From Lachnospiraceae bacterium UBA7729 (GTDB lineage: Bacteria; Bacillota; Clostridia; Lachnospirales; Lachnospiraceae): 32,991 nucleotides of DNA. The stretch is from positions 1 through 32,991 of the forward strand of contig DLFD01000023.1 in NCBI GenBank assembly GCA_002482005.1. Reading direction: 5' to 3'. The number at the start of each line of letters is the position of its first letter. Position 1 is the stretch's first letter. The notes beneath the pieces are model-generated. The model made no database searches and was not told the origin of the DNA. It worked only from the letters and a program-made list of their open reading frames with translations. Made by a program: the position numbers and the translations under genes. Positions 1-8,713 of the stretch are shown one piece after another.

Positions 1-25
1 TGTTTTAAAGGTCAGTTCCTTAAAC

Positions 26-113
26 ATTCGGAAAATCTTCGATTTTCCGAATCGCGGTACTCGTCACGCGTCAGCCTGCGGGCAGGCTTCCGTGTTCCTC
101 GTTACTACCGCGG
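26..113 (-). ncRNA. Candidate small structured RNA downstream of the tRNA-Ser pair. A 61-nt imperfect long hairpin (CGCGGUA...UACCGCG closing helix) is followed by a perfect 12-bp stem-loop (ATTCGGAAAATC/GATTTTCCGAAT). It carries a GGAAGC...GCAGGC-UGACGCGUG motif that resembles SRP (4.5S) RNA domain IV.
   Basis: Nested inverted repeats are visible in the sequence. It lies immediately downstream, on the same strand, of two tRNA genes that have a strong promoter. The motif resemblance to E. coli 4.5S RNA (GGAAGCAGCC..GGCAGAUGACGCGUG) is from memory and was not computed. Confidence 0.25.
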
Positions 114-188
114 AAACTTTTAAGAACTTTCAAGGTTGTTTCACTGTTCAGTTATCAAGGATCACACATCATCTTAAGATGATGCTAA

Positions 189-278
189 CGGAGAAGGAGG
201 GATTTGAACCCTCGCGCCGCTATTAACGACCTGCACCCTTTCCAGGGGTGTCCCTTCGGCCAGCTTGGGTACTTCTCC
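189..278 (-). tRNA. tRNA-Ser, anticodon GGA. Type II tRNA with a long variable arm, 90 nt, CCA not encoded.
   Basis: The reverse complement reads GGAGAAG...CUGGAAA...GGUUCAAAUCCCUCCUUCUCCG. It has a 7-bp acceptor stem, anticodon loop CU-GGA-AA, a long extra arm and a T-loop GGTTCAAATCC. Confidence 0.9.
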
Positions 279-355
279 ATAGTACTGCCCTACAAAAGTC
301 TGACGGATGTGCGTCCGTCCTATGTAGTTCATGACCGAATTTTTCTCCGATCAGA

Positions 356-441
356 CGGAGAGGATGGGATTCGAACCCATGCGCCCTTGCGGACAAACGG
401 TTTTCAAGACCGCCTCGTTATAGCCACTTCGATACCTCTCC
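356..441 (-). tRNA. tRNA-Ser, anticodon TGA. Type II, 86 nt.
   Basis: The reverse complement reads GGAGAGG...CUUGAAA...GGGUUCGAAUCCCAUCCUCUCCG. It has anticodon loop C-U-UGA-A-A, a long variable arm and a canonical T-arm. Confidence 0.9.
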
Positions 442-492
442 AAAACCGCTCTGCTCTTATGTTGTCTGCTCCGCTTCTGCAGCGCAATGTTT

Positions 493-521
493 AATATATC
501 ACCGGCTTTCCGGGATGTCAA
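493..521 (-). promoter_or_regulatory. Sigma-A-type promoter for the tRNA-Ser operon: TTGACA, 17 bp spacer, TATATT.
   Basis: The reverse complement of 493-521 gives TTGACAtcccggaaagccggtgaTATATT. It sits about 45 nt upstream of the first tRNA and directly after the ispD stop. Confidence 0.45.
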
Positions 522-540
522 CACTCTTTTTCTATTTTTT

Positions 541-1269
541 TCAAAAAAAGATTTCGGATGGCTTCTGACCGCCTTCAGGCGCTTCCAGGAGCATCTCTGC
601 AGTGACGATGTCCTCCATCGTTGTGATCTTGAGATTGCGAGGCGAGCCTTCCACGATCTTTACCTTCACATGTCCTGCATACTCTGCCGCCATTGCATCA
701 TCTGTAACCCTGATGCCGTCCTCAGCAACTTTCTCATATGCCTCAAGGATAAGCTTGTATTCAAAAGCCTGGGGAGTCTGTATGATTCTCAGTGTGCTCC
801 GGTCCGGCGTGCTGACCACAAACCCTTCCTGATCCGTCACCTTGACCGTATCCTTTGCCGGGATCCCGACGATCGCTGCCTTGTATCTCTTCGCTCCGTC
901 AATTGCTCTCAGAATCGTCTTCTGATCCACAAGCGGTCTTGCCCCGTCATGGACCAGGACATATTCAGTATCCGGAGACGCAGCCAAAAGTCCGCAGAGC
1001 ACAGAATCCCCTCTCTCCTTTCCCCCCGCAACGATCTTCCTTACTTTACGGAAGCCGAATCTTTCAATGATCTCCCTGGTGCAGAAAGGAATATCCTGCT
1101 CTCCTGCAACCAGAATGACCTCATCTACGCCTGCACATCTTTCAAAAGCCTCGATGGTCCAGGCTATCACGGGCTTTCCGTGCAGATCCAGATACTGTTT
1201 CGGGATGGCAGAATGCATCCTTCTTCCGACGCCGGCCGACAGAATGACTGCTGTCACTTTAGAAGGCAT
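541..1269 (-). CDS. ispD: 2-C-methyl-D-erythritol 4-phosphate cytidylyltransferase (IspD).
   Basis: N-terminal VILSAGVGRRM glycine-rich motif and IspD-like sequence throughout. Start taken at MPSK (position 1269), which is preceded by GGGGAGAGGTG. The ORF track offers a start 6 codons further upstream. Confidence 0.88.
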   Translation of the reverse strand: MPSKVTAVILSAGVGRRMHSAIPKQYLDLHGKPVIAWTIEAFERCAGVDEVILVAGEQDIPFCTREIIERFGFRKVRKIVAGGKERGDSVLCGLLAASPDTEYVLVHDGARPLVDQKTILRAIDGAKRYKAAIVGIPAKDTVKVTDQEGFVVSTPDRSTLRIIQTPQAFEYKLILEAYEKVAEDGIRVTDDAMAAEYAGHVKVKIVEGSPRNLKITTMEDIVTAEMLLEAPEGGQKPSEIFF

Positions 1270-1273
1270 AGGC

Positions 1274-2302
1274 TCACCTCTCCCCAAGTTTCAGATTCGG
1301 GATTGCATTCAGACTATTATCAGACCGTATTCCCTTCCTGTAGTCATAATATGCCGCGGCTCCGATCATCGCAGCGTTATCCGTACAAAGGATCGGAGAC
1401 GGACGGTAGAATCTGATGCCGCGTTTTCTGCATGCTTCTTCCATAGCTGCTCTGAGAGCACTGTTGGAAGCTACGCCTCCTGCGATCGCAAACTTTTTAA
1501 AATGATACTCCGACACTGCTCTCATGGAATGGGAAACGAGTACATCCACAACAGACTTCTGGAATGACGCGGCCACGTCGGGCACACTGATCTCCTCACC
1601 CTTCATATGGCAGGCATTCAGATAATTCAGAACTGCACTTTTCAGACCGCTGAATGAAAAATCATATTCTGACCCACGCACTTTTCCCTGCGGAAACTCT
1701 ATCGCGATCGGATTTCCCTCTTTTGAAACCTTATCGATCTTCGGTCCGCCCGGGTATCCGAGTCCGATTGCTCTTGCCACCTTGTCAAATGCTTCTCCGG
1801 CTGCATCGTCACAGGTCTTTCCAAGGATCTCATATTCACCGTAGTCTTTCACCAGGACCAGATGCGTATGGCCGCCGGATACGACAAGGCAGCCGAACGG
1901 AGGCTCCAGTTCTTTGTTCTCGATATAGTTTGCACTGATATGCCCCTCGATATGATGGACCCCGATCAGCGGAATGTCCTTCGCCCATGCTATCGCCTTC
2001 GCAGCGGACACACCTACAAGAAGCGGTCCGATCAATCCTGGTCCGTAAGTCACTCCGATCGCATCGATATCATCAAGAGTAACCTGAGCCGTCTGCAGGG
2101 CCCGCTCTACCACCTGGCTTACACGTTCAATATGCTTTCTTGAAGCGATCTCCGGAACCACACCCCCATACAGAGTATGAATATCGATCTGCGATGAGAT
2201 AATATTAGAAAGCACCTCTCGTCCGTTCACGACCACTGCAGCTGCGGTCTCATCACAGGAACTCTCTATTCCAAGTATCTTGATCTCTCTCTTTTCTTCC
2301 AT
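1274..2302 (-). CDS. tsaD: tRNA N6-adenosine threonylcarbamoyltransferase TsaD (Kae1/Gcp family).
   Basis: [22 protein letters not shown] and GGVASN motifs. Start set at [13 protein letters not shown] (RBS AAGGAAG) rather than the 44-codon upstream extension in the ORF track. Confidence 0.9.
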   Translation of the reverse strand: MEEKREIKILGIESSCDETAAAVVVNGREVLSNIISSQIDIHTLYGGVVPEIASRKHIERVSQVVERALQTAQVTLDDIDAIGVTYGPGLIGPLLVGVSAAKAIAWAKDIPLIGVHHIEGHISANYIENKELEPPFGCLVVSGGHTHLVLVKDYGEYEILGKTCDDAAGEAFDKVARAIGLGYPGGPKIDKVSKEGNPIAIEFPQGKVRGSEYDFSFSGLKSAVLNYLNACHMKGEEISVPDVAASFQKSVVDVLVSHSMRAVSEYHFKKFAIAGGVASNSALRAAMEEACRKRGIRFYRPSPILCTDNAAMIGAAAYYDYRKGIRSDNSLNAIPNLKLGER

Positions 2303-2307
2303 CTTCC

Positions 2308-3219
2308 TTAGTCCTCGAAATCCAGCTCGCAGCTCATCCCGTCTCTCCCGCACTTCGTCTTCGGAAAGATCTCTCTCAGCCTGTCCAGATACTGCTCCGG
2401 GTGAGGCATGGATGGACTGTAGTGAGTAAGCCACATCTCCTTTACCCCTGCCTCAGAAGCAAGCAAAGCCGCCTCTCGCATCATCATATGCTTGCGCTGC
2501 CTGGCATTTCCAAGTTTCTCTTCCTCTCCGTACATTCCCTCGCATATAAAAAGATCCGAGTCTTTCGCATTCTGCAGAATGGATTCCGTTGGTCTGGTAT
2601 CGGTCGTATAAGTCAGCCGGATACCCTTTCTTGGCGGTCCGAGCACCATATCCGGAGTCAGCACCATCCCATCCTCTGTCCTGATCGTCTCGCCCTTCTG
2701 AAGCGGATTCCAGTATTTCAGCGGGATGCCCTGGGTTTTCGCCCTTTCTGCATCGAACTTGCCGTTACGGTCAAGCATAAGGGTATACCCATAGCATGTT
2801 ACCCGGTGATTCACCTTGAAAGCCTTCAGACGGTATCCGTCAAGGCTGAATTCCTGCTCATCCCCCTGGATCTCCTGATACCGGATCTCAAAAGGCAGTT
2901 CCGGGGCGATCACTCTCAATGAATTGACAACTTTTGCAAGTCCCCTCGGGCCGATCAGCGTAAGAGGTTCTGTACGCTCCGCATTGCCCATCGTGAGGAG
3001 CAGGCCCGGAAGCCCTCCGATATGATCTCCGTGATAATGTGTGAAGCAGATTGTATCGATCGGCTTGAAACTCCATCCCTTCTCCCTGACGGCGATCTGA
3101 GTTCCTTCTCCGCAGTCGATCAGCAGACTGCTTCCGTTGTATCGAGCCATCAGACTGGTCAGATGGCGGTATGGCAGCGGCATCATGCCCCCGCAGCCGA
3201 GCAGACATACATCCAGCAT
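2308..3219 (-). CDS. rnz: Ribonuclease Z (tRNA 3'-processing endonuclease, MBL fold).
   Basis: HYHGDH metallo-beta-lactamase motif, 303 aa, similarity to the RNase Z short form. Confidence 0.85.
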   Translation of the reverse strand: MLDVCLLGCGGMMPLPYRHLTSLMARYNGSSLLIDCGEGTQIAVREKGWSFKPIDTICFTHYHGDHIGGLPGLLLTMGNAERTEPLTLIGPRGLAKVVNSLRVIAPELPFEIRYQEIQGDEQEFSLDGYRLKAFKVNHRVTCYGYTLMLDRNGKFDAERAKTQGIPLKYWNPLQKGETIRTEDGMVLTPDMVLGPPRKGIRLTYTTDTRPTESILQNAKDSDLFICEGMYGEEEKLGNARQRKHMMMREAALLASEAGVKEMWLTHYSPSMPHPEQYLDRLREIFPKTKCGRDGMSCELDFED

Positions 3220-3248
3220 CTATCTTTTTCCTTCCTGCTATATCTTTT

Positions 3249-3749
3249 TCAGGCATCTGAAGCCCTCTGCTGATGCGTGAGGTCTTCCTCCCCGGTTTTT
3301 CTCCTCCACATGATCAGTGCGTCTTCCCGGGGATGCTCATAGTATCCCCGCCGGACCCCTTCCGTACAGAATCCCATCTTCTGGTAAAGCGAAACCGCAG
3401 CCAGGTTTGTCTTTCTGACTTCCAGGGTATAATCACAGATGCCCGCCTGATCTCCAAGCCTGAACAGTTCCTGAAGAAGTTTTTCTGCGATCCCCTTTCT
3501 CCTCCGTCTCTCATCCACTGCGATGTTCATCACATCGCCCTCTTCCCCTATGCCCATCAGGCTTGCGTAGCCGGCAATGCAGTATGTGCCTGCGTCTTCC
3601 GCAACAAGAAAGATATAATTGTCAAGAGCCATCGAGTCCCTGTAGATTCTCTCACTCCAGGGATCCGGAAAATATCTCTTCTCCATGGTCAGGACCTGTG
3701 GAAGGTCTTCTTCTTTCATCCTTCGGATAAGGATCTCTTCAGCCTGCAT
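3249..3749 (-). CDS. rimI: Ribosomal-protein-alanine N-acetyltransferase (GNAT), RimI-like.
   Basis: GNAT fold motifs (NIAVDERRRRKGIAEKLL, YTLEVRKTNLAAVSLYQKMGF). Start set at MQAEEIL. Its ATG at 3749 abuts the tsaB stop at 3751. Confidence 0.82.
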   Translation of the reverse strand: MQAEEILIRRMKEEDLPQVLTMEKRYFPDPWSERIYRDSMALDNYIFLVAEDAGTYCIAGYASLMGIGEEGDVMNIAVDERRRRKGIAEKLLQELFRLGDQAGICDYTLEVRKTNLAAVSLYQKMGFCTEGVRRGYYEHPREDALIMWRRKTGEEDLTHQQRASDA

Positions 3750-3750
3750 A

Positions 3751-4512
3751 TCAGTTTCCTGCCTTCTGTGCTTCCTGAAGTTTCTCCTTCCTGACCCTTT
3801 CAGCCTGGGAAACGCGAAGGTAGATCGGACGATGTTCCTCTGCCGTCTCAGTCTTCCCGGCGGCAAGCATTTCAAGTGCGCGTACTGCGACCGATGAAGC
3901 ATGCTGTTCATTCCTGTTTGCAGGTGCATACATATGAGGTGCCTCAAGAATCTCCTCTATGATATTGCGGTACATAACAGCTCCATCCCCCAGAAGCAGG
4001 ATCTTCCTTCCCGTCTGCTCATAGAGGAAATTCAGCTTTCCGCACAGTTTTTCTACAGACACAGGTGCCTGATCCATAAGGATCTTCATGGACATGCCAT
4101 CGGAGATCACTGCCTGCGGGTCTTCCTCATAGGTATAGATGCCGGCAAAGACCTCTGACCTCCTTGCATCCAGCATCGGGCAGATCAGTGCCTCGCTTCC
4201 GTGATAATTCGCTGCCATCCCCTCCAGGGTCGGTACATTCACGATTGGAAGGCTCAATGCAAGTGCTATCCCCTTTGCAGTTGCCGAACCGATCCGGAGG
4301 CCCGTGAAAGATCCGGGGCCTCCGGATACAGCAACTGCATCCAGAGTCCTCTTATCAAGTTCTGTCATCCTCGAGATCTCATCGATCATCGGAAGCAGAG
4401 TCTGGCTATGTGTTTTTTTATAATGCACAGTGTATTCTGCCTCAAGCAGCCCGTCCCTGACGATAGCCGCCGAAGCCGGCATGCCTGAACTGTCAATTGC
4501 AAGAATCTTCAT
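3751..4512 (-). CDS. tsaB: tRNA threonylcarbamoyladenosine biosynthesis protein TsaB (YeaZ).
   Basis: MKILAIDSS...GPGSFTGLRIG signature of the inactive Kae1 paralogue. Operon position between tsaE and rimI. Confidence 0.85.
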   Translation of the reverse strand: MKILAIDSSGMPASAAIVRDGLLEAEYTVHYKKTHSQTLLPMIDEISRMTELDKRTLDAVAVSGGPGSFTGLRIGSATAKGIALALSLPIVNVPTLEGMAANYHGSEALICPMLDARRSEVFAGIYTYEEDPQAVISDGMSMKILMDQAPVSVEKLCGKLNFLYEQTGRKILLLGDGAVMYRNIIEEILEAPHMYAPANRNEQHASSVAVRALEMLAAGKTETAEEHRPIYLRVSQAERVRKEKLQEAQKAGN

Positions 4513-4515
4513 CTC

Positions 4516-4959
4516 TCACCCTTCATCCACTGTTATCTTTCTGTAATCAAATCCCTTCTCAGGATCCTTGACGATCATGACTTTCTTCAGCCTGTCTGAC
4601 GGAATCTCCCCGATCAGGTCCTCGATCAGATCCGCCCATTCGATCAGGCATACGCCTTTCCCATAGACGTACTCATCCCATCCGACCTCGAACATCTCCT
4701 CAGGATCTCCGATCCGGTATACATCAAAGTGGTAAAGAGGCAGCCTTCCTTCCTCATAGATCTGCAGGATCGTGAAAGTCGGACTGTTTACGTCTTCATC
4801 GATCCCAAGTCCTTTTGCAAAGCCTTTTGTGAAGACAGTCTTTCCGACTCCGAGATCCCCCGTCAATGTGATCACATCGCCCGGCCGTGCCGTCTTTGCC
4901 ATCTCCAGCCCAAGACGGTAAGTATCATCAGGGCTGTTTGTCTCAATCTCTCTTCTCAT
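4516..4959 (-). CDS. tsaE: tRNA threonylcarbamoyladenosine biosynthesis ATPase TsaE (YjeE).
   Basis: Walker A GDLGVGKT, about 147 aa, and the conserved tsaE-tsaB-rimI-tsaD order. Confidence 0.85.
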   Translation of the reverse strand: MRREIETNSPDDTYRLGLEMAKTARPGDVITLTGDLGVGKTVFTKGFAKGLGIDEDVNSPTFTILQIYEEGRLPLYHFDVYRIGDPEEMFEVGWDEYVYGKGVCLIEWADLIEDLIGEIPSDRLKKVMIVKDPEKGFDYRKITVDEG

Positions 4960-4965
4960 ATCTTT

Positions 4966-5589
4966 TTAATCTCTTCCTGATCCCGGATGGAGAAAAGCAA
5001 GCGGATCTTCCGAATCAATGAAGTGCATCAGCATGAACGCACAGTTGGCGGCAACATTCTCCTCACGAAGGATCCTGGCACACTCAGCGCGGTCAGCCAG
5101 CACAACATCCAGCTGTTCCGTATCCTCAAGCCCCTTGCGGCTGATCTGTCCATCCGCTCTTCCATAGACCATGCAGCAGCTCTCATCGGTCATTCCCGCA
5201 GAAGAATAGAACGGGCGCTCGTATCCGCCGTCCGACTCTTCCGGGGTAAATGTGAGTCCCGTCTCTTCTTTCATCTCACGGATCCCTGCCCCGACCACAC
5301 TCTCGCCATCCTCCACCAGTCCTGCCGGAAGTTCATAGATATATGCTCCCAGCGGATAGCGGAACTGATGGACCAGAACTACTTTGTCCTGCTTCTCACC
5401 ATAGAGACTGAACATCACGACTCCGTCCGGGTGGTCTCTCCTGGTTGAAAGATCCAGATCTTCTGCTGATTCTCTCCTGGAGCACATATAATACCGCTTC
5501 TTTTTGCCTACACGGTCCGTTGTGCTGAGTTCATAATAGTTCAGAAATCGGTTATGGGTGATCTGATCAACATGATCTACTGCTGCCAT
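4966..5589 (-). CDS. NUDIX hydrolase (ADP-ribose pyrophosphatase-like).
   Basis: Nudix box GLVEDGESVVGAGIREMKEETGL. Start set at MAAVDH, which is preceded by GGAAAGGAAG. The longer ORF-track start lacks an RBS. Confidence 0.75.
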   Translation of the reverse strand: MAAVDHVDQITHNRFLNYYELSTTDRVGKKKRYYMCSRRESAEDLDLSTRRDHPDGVVMFSLYGEKQDKVVLVHQFRYPLGAYIYELPAGLVEDGESVVGAGIREMKEETGLTFTPEESDGGYERPFYSSAGMTDESCCMVYGRADGQISRKGLEDTEQLDVVLADRAECARILREENVAANCAFMLMHFIDSEDPLAFLHPGSGRD

Positions 5590-5717
5590 ATTCTTCTTCC
5601 TTTCCATCCGTCCGGGGCGGGCTTCTCCTTCATCAGCCTTCCTATTATCCGTTTGATAAAAGCCTTTGTCAAGCAAACGGGAAGATGTGAAGATTTCATG
5701 AATTGAGGGACTTCTGA

Positions 5718-5746
5718 TTGTTCGGAAAAATCGGGCGTGATAAGAT
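5718..5746 (+). promoter_or_regulatory. Candidate promoter for the plus-strand membrane operon: TTGTTC, 17 bp, TAAGAT.
   Basis: Hexamer spacing read directly from the sequence. It lies 26 nt upstream of the 5772 start in a divergent intergenic region. Confidence 0.35.
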
Positions 5747-5771
5747 AGACATAAAGTGAGGTGACATATAT

Positions 5772-6266
5772 ATGAACCACTCGGATAAGAGATCTGCGAT
5801 GGTCGCCGCTTCTTTTGTGCTTGCGATCATATCCATTGCAACTTTCCAGATATTTTTCATATCCCTCCCGTGTGCATCCATTTCCATCATCCTTGCACTG
5901 ATCTCGAGAGGGGACGGTCCGCTTCTGCCGAGAGCAAAAGCTGCACTGATCTGCGCTTCTGCCGCTGCGGTCCTGACTACTTCCGTTACAGCAGTTTCCG
6001 TATATACCGTTATGCACGATCCTGCGCTCCGTGCCCAGGTGGAACAGATCTATGACTATTACACCAATCCGGAAGAAGTCTCTCCAGAAGAAGGTGAATC
6101 TGCCAGAAGCGGCGAGGAGCTTCTGAAAGACATTCTTTCCGGCAGATACAGAGAGAGTCAGAAGAACTCTTCCTCTTCCGGCGAGAGTCCTTCAGGCAGC
6201 CTCTCTGATGAGTTCCCGGCCGAAGGAGACTCCTTATCAGCTCAGAGGGGAGGTCAGGTGATATGA
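5772..6266 (+). CDS. Hypothetical small membrane protein: an N-terminal hydrophobic region (about 2 TM segments) and a Ser/Glu-rich acidic C-terminal tail.
   Basis: Strong RBS GTGAGGTGA before the ATG. Hydrophobic N-terminus. Its stop overlaps the next start (ATGA). The antisense ORF 5577..6017 lacks these features. Confidence 0.55.
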   Translation: MNHSDKRSAMVAASFVLAIISIATFQIFFISLPCASISIILALISRGDGPLLPRAKAALICASAAAVLTTSVTAVSVYTVMHDPALRAQVEQIYDYYTNPEEVSPEEGESARSGEELLKDILSGRYRESQKNSSSSGESPSGSLSDEFPAEGDSLSAQRGGQVI

Positions 6267-7027
6267 TCTCCAATGCTGATATCAAGGCACATGCAAGGAA
6301 TTACATGATCGGGAGCTATATGTTCCTCATGTTTGTGTCTATTGTATACGGTTTCCTTGCATTTCTTGCCCAGGCTGCCGCCGACCTTGTGTCGGTCTCG
6401 CCCCGGCAGAACGCCGCCGGAACGATCCTGAACCTGCTGCTGTCGTTTGTGGTTGCCGTGTTCATAACGATCCTTCAGACCGGTTTTTCCTTCATCTCCC
6501 TGAACGTTGTAAGGACCGGAAGGGCCAAGCTGAGGGACCTGTTCCTCGGTTTCCGTTATCACCCGGGACGGCTTGTCTGCATCTCCCTCCTGAAGGGCGC
6601 TGTACGATACCTGTGCGGTCTTCCGCTGATCTGGCTGATCAGCGAATTCCTGCTTAGGGGGACAAAGGCGGAGTTCTTCGGTCACGCCCTCACATCGGGA
6701 TGGCAGTTTGCTCTTGCTGCAGCTGTCTGCATTCTTTTCTCCCTGATCCTTTACATAGCGGTTGACCTGCTTTTCTCGCAGGCTCTGTATCTGTTCATCG
6801 ATCATCAGGAGATGGGAGTCCTTCCATGTCTGAAGGAAAGCTGCCGGCTGATGAAGAAAAACAGGATGCGTCTCTTTCTCCTGCGCTTCTCTTTCATCGG
6901 CTACTGGTTTCTCGTGATCCTTTCTCTCGGGATCGCGCTCATCTGCGTGAAACCTTATATGGATCTTTCGGATGCTTCCTTTTATGTCGAGCTTTCCGGC
7001 CAGCGCGATCCATATGGTGCGATGTAA
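6263..7027 (+). CDS. DUF975-family integral membrane protein.
   Basis: N-terminal IKAHARNYMIGSY motif typical of DUF975, multiple TM segments, RBS GAGGGGAGG, translationally coupled to the upstream gene. Confidence 0.7.
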   Translation: MISNADIKAHARNYMIGSYMFLMFVSIVYGFLAFLAQAAADLVSVSPRQNAAGTILNLLLSFVVAVFITILQTGFSFISLNVVRTGRAKLRDLFLGFRYHPGRLVCISLLKGAVRYLCGLPLIWLISEFLLRGTKAEFFGHALTSGWQFALAAAVCILFSLILYIAVDLLFSQALYLFIDHQEMGVLPCLKESCRLMKKNRMRLFLLRFSFIGYWFLVILSLGIALICVKPYMDLSDASFYVELSGQRDPYGAM

Positions 7028-7060
7028 GATGTGAATATCTCTTCGTTCTGACGCCCCAAA

Positions 7061-7094
7061 GGCCGCATCGGTATTATAACCGCTGCGGCCTTTT
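7061..7094. terminator. Bidirectional rho-independent terminator: GGCCGCA...TGCGGCC stem flanked by CCCCAAA and TTTT.
   Basis: Hairpin plus T-run on the plus strand after the DUF975 gene, and an A-run on the other side for the convergent thrH-like gene. Confidence 0.5.
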
Positions 7095-7101
7095 CCTAAC
7101 C

Positions 7102-7752
7102 TTATTCTCCCTGATCCCTGCCTTTCAGGATATCCGAAAAGCCAGGCAAGAGTGCCTTCCGGATCCCGTCCATAAGTTCATCATAAGTCTCATAAGCAGG
7201 GATCTCAGGGTATTCTCTGCGGATCTGCTCCGTGGTACGGAACAGAAATCCCGCCTTGCTTGCCCTGATCATTCCAAGGTCATTGAAGGAATCCCCGGAA
7301 GCAATCGTATCAAAGCCGATCGACTGGAGAGCTTTCACTGTGTTCAGCTTGGAGTCACTGATCCTCATGCGGAATCCTGTGATCATCCCGTCTGTTCCGA
7401 CTTCCAGTTCATTGCAGAACAAGGTCGGCCAGCCAAGTTTTTTCATCAGCGGCGAAGCAAACTGTGTAAATGTATCACTGATGATGATCACCTGCGTCAT
7501 TGTTCTCAGCTGATCGAGAAACTCTTTTGCCCCCGGAAGCGGATCGATGGTCGCGATCGTATCCTGGATCTCCTTCAGTCCCAGACCATGTTCCTTCAGG
7601 ATCCCGATTCTCCATCTCATCAGCTTGTCATAATCCGGTTCATCTCTGGTTGTCCTTTTCAGCTCCGGGATGCCACTCGCTTCCGAAAAAGCGATCCAGA
7701 TCTCCGGCACAAGTACCCCTTCAAGATCAAGGCAGACAATGTTCATCTTCAA
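7102..7752 (-). CDS. thrH: HAD-IB phosphoserine phosphatase / homoserine phosphotransferase ThrH-like.
   Basis: The N-terminus LDLEGVLVPEIWIAF and the SDTF and GDSFND motifs closely match Pseudomonas ThrH. RBS GGAGGATTGAAG. Confidence 0.75.
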   Translation of the reverse strand: MKMNIVCLDLEGVLVPEIWIAFSEASGIPELKRTTRDEPDYDKLMRWRIGILKEHGLGLKEIQDTIATIDPLPGAKEFLDQLRTMTQVIIISDTFTQFASPLMKKLGWPTLFCNELEVGTDGMITGFRMRISDSKLNTVKALQSIGFDTIASGDSFNDLGMIRASKAGFLFRTTEQIRREYPEIPAYETYDELMDGIRKALLPGFSDILKGRDQGE

Positions 7753-7818
7753 TCCTCCTATTGCGGCAGGAATGTCCCTGCCTTCACTTCGTCTGTTCTG
7801 CAGAATACTCTGAGATAT

Positions 7819-8703
7819 TCAGAACTTTCTTCCACCTCCGCCTGTTGAATAGCCTCCGGAAGACATATGGGTGGTTGTGAAGCCGCCTCCGGAGTGACCT
7901 CCGCCGCTGCCCGGATCATTTCTCGGAAGCCTTCTCGATGTAACATAATGATTCACCAGCCGGTCTTCCTGGCCTGTCAGCCGAAGTCTCACATTCTCTG
8001 CGGCAGAAAAACCATCACCATGCGAAAAACTCATGGAATATCTGCCTTTTATCCCGAGGAAGCACGCAAAGAAGCCTGCGATCGCCCCCGTCAGCGCAGC
8101 AAGTATCTTGCCCCGTGTGATCTCCTTTGGTTTCTGATAGACCGTATAAGTTCCGGTATCCTCATTGTAGATCCTGGTACCATCCTGGATTCCCCTCCGG
8201 TACCAGCCTTCTGTATCCTCCAGCATGCTGTCGAAAGTTCCCTCATAATCTTCATCTGAGATCTTTTCGTATGCGTTGTCAAGAAGGCTTTCCAGGCGGG
8301 AATCCGTCAGGTAATACTGAAGTTTTCCGTAAGTTTCCACGTAGAATTCCCGGTTGTCCATGTCGATGACATAGCTTCCGCCGCTAGCCTCATCCGGCCT
8401 GTCTGAAGTCAGGGACTCATAATAGTTTTTTGCAAACTCCCTGGTAGACATGCCATCCGCGCTGTCTGTCGTTACAAGCCTGATCTCAAAACCAGTCTCT
8501 TCCGACAGCTTTTCTGCCTCTTCCAGCAGTTCCGCCTCTTCCCAGTCGTCAAGAAGATCTGCTTTGTCCTCGATACTGGCTTTATCCGTTCTGCTGGAAT
8601 ACACCGGAGATGCTGGCATGACAAAGGCACACATAAGACTCAGAAAGACAGCACCTGAAAAGGCAGACAGATATTTCTTCCGTTTTTCTTTTCCCTTTCC
8701 CAT
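7819..8703 (-). CDS. TPM-domain protein (YgcG/YdjH-like). It has an N-terminal signal/TM segment, a C-terminal TM segment and a Gly-rich tail.
   Basis: TPM phosphatase-family fold features, hydrophobic N- and C-terminal segments, GSGGGHSGGGF...GGGG tail. Its start is 10 nt from the upstream gene stop. Confidence 0.72.
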   Translation of the reverse strand: MGKGKEKRKKYLSAFSGAVFLSLMCAFVMPASPVYSSRTDKASIEDKADLLDDWEEAELLEEAEKLSEETGFEIRLVTTDSADGMSTREFAKNYYESLTSDRPDEASGGSYVIDMDNREFYVETYGKLQYYLTDSRLESLLDNAYEKISDEDYEGTFDSMLEDTEGWYRRGIQDGTRIYNEDTGTYTVYQKPKEITRGKILAALTGAIAGFFACFLGIKGRYSMSFSHGDGFSAAENVRLRLTGQEDRLVNHYVTSRRLPRNDPGSGGGHSGGGFTTTHMSSGGYSTGGGGRKF

Positions 8704-8713
8704 CGCTGCCTCC

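Noticed and set aside
6254-6805. Minus-strand ORFs 5577..6017 and 6254..6805, and plus-strand ORF 6826..7848, overlapping the membrane operon and thrH.
   Set aside because: They are antisense to genes with RBSs and clear family features. Their compositions are low-complexity, and they lack Shine-Dalgarno sequences.
7753-7818. GGCAGG-aatgtc-CCTGCC hairpin between the thrH-like start and the TPM gene stop, considered as a terminator.
   Set aside because: No U-tract on either strand. It is more likely a leader structure, or coincidental.
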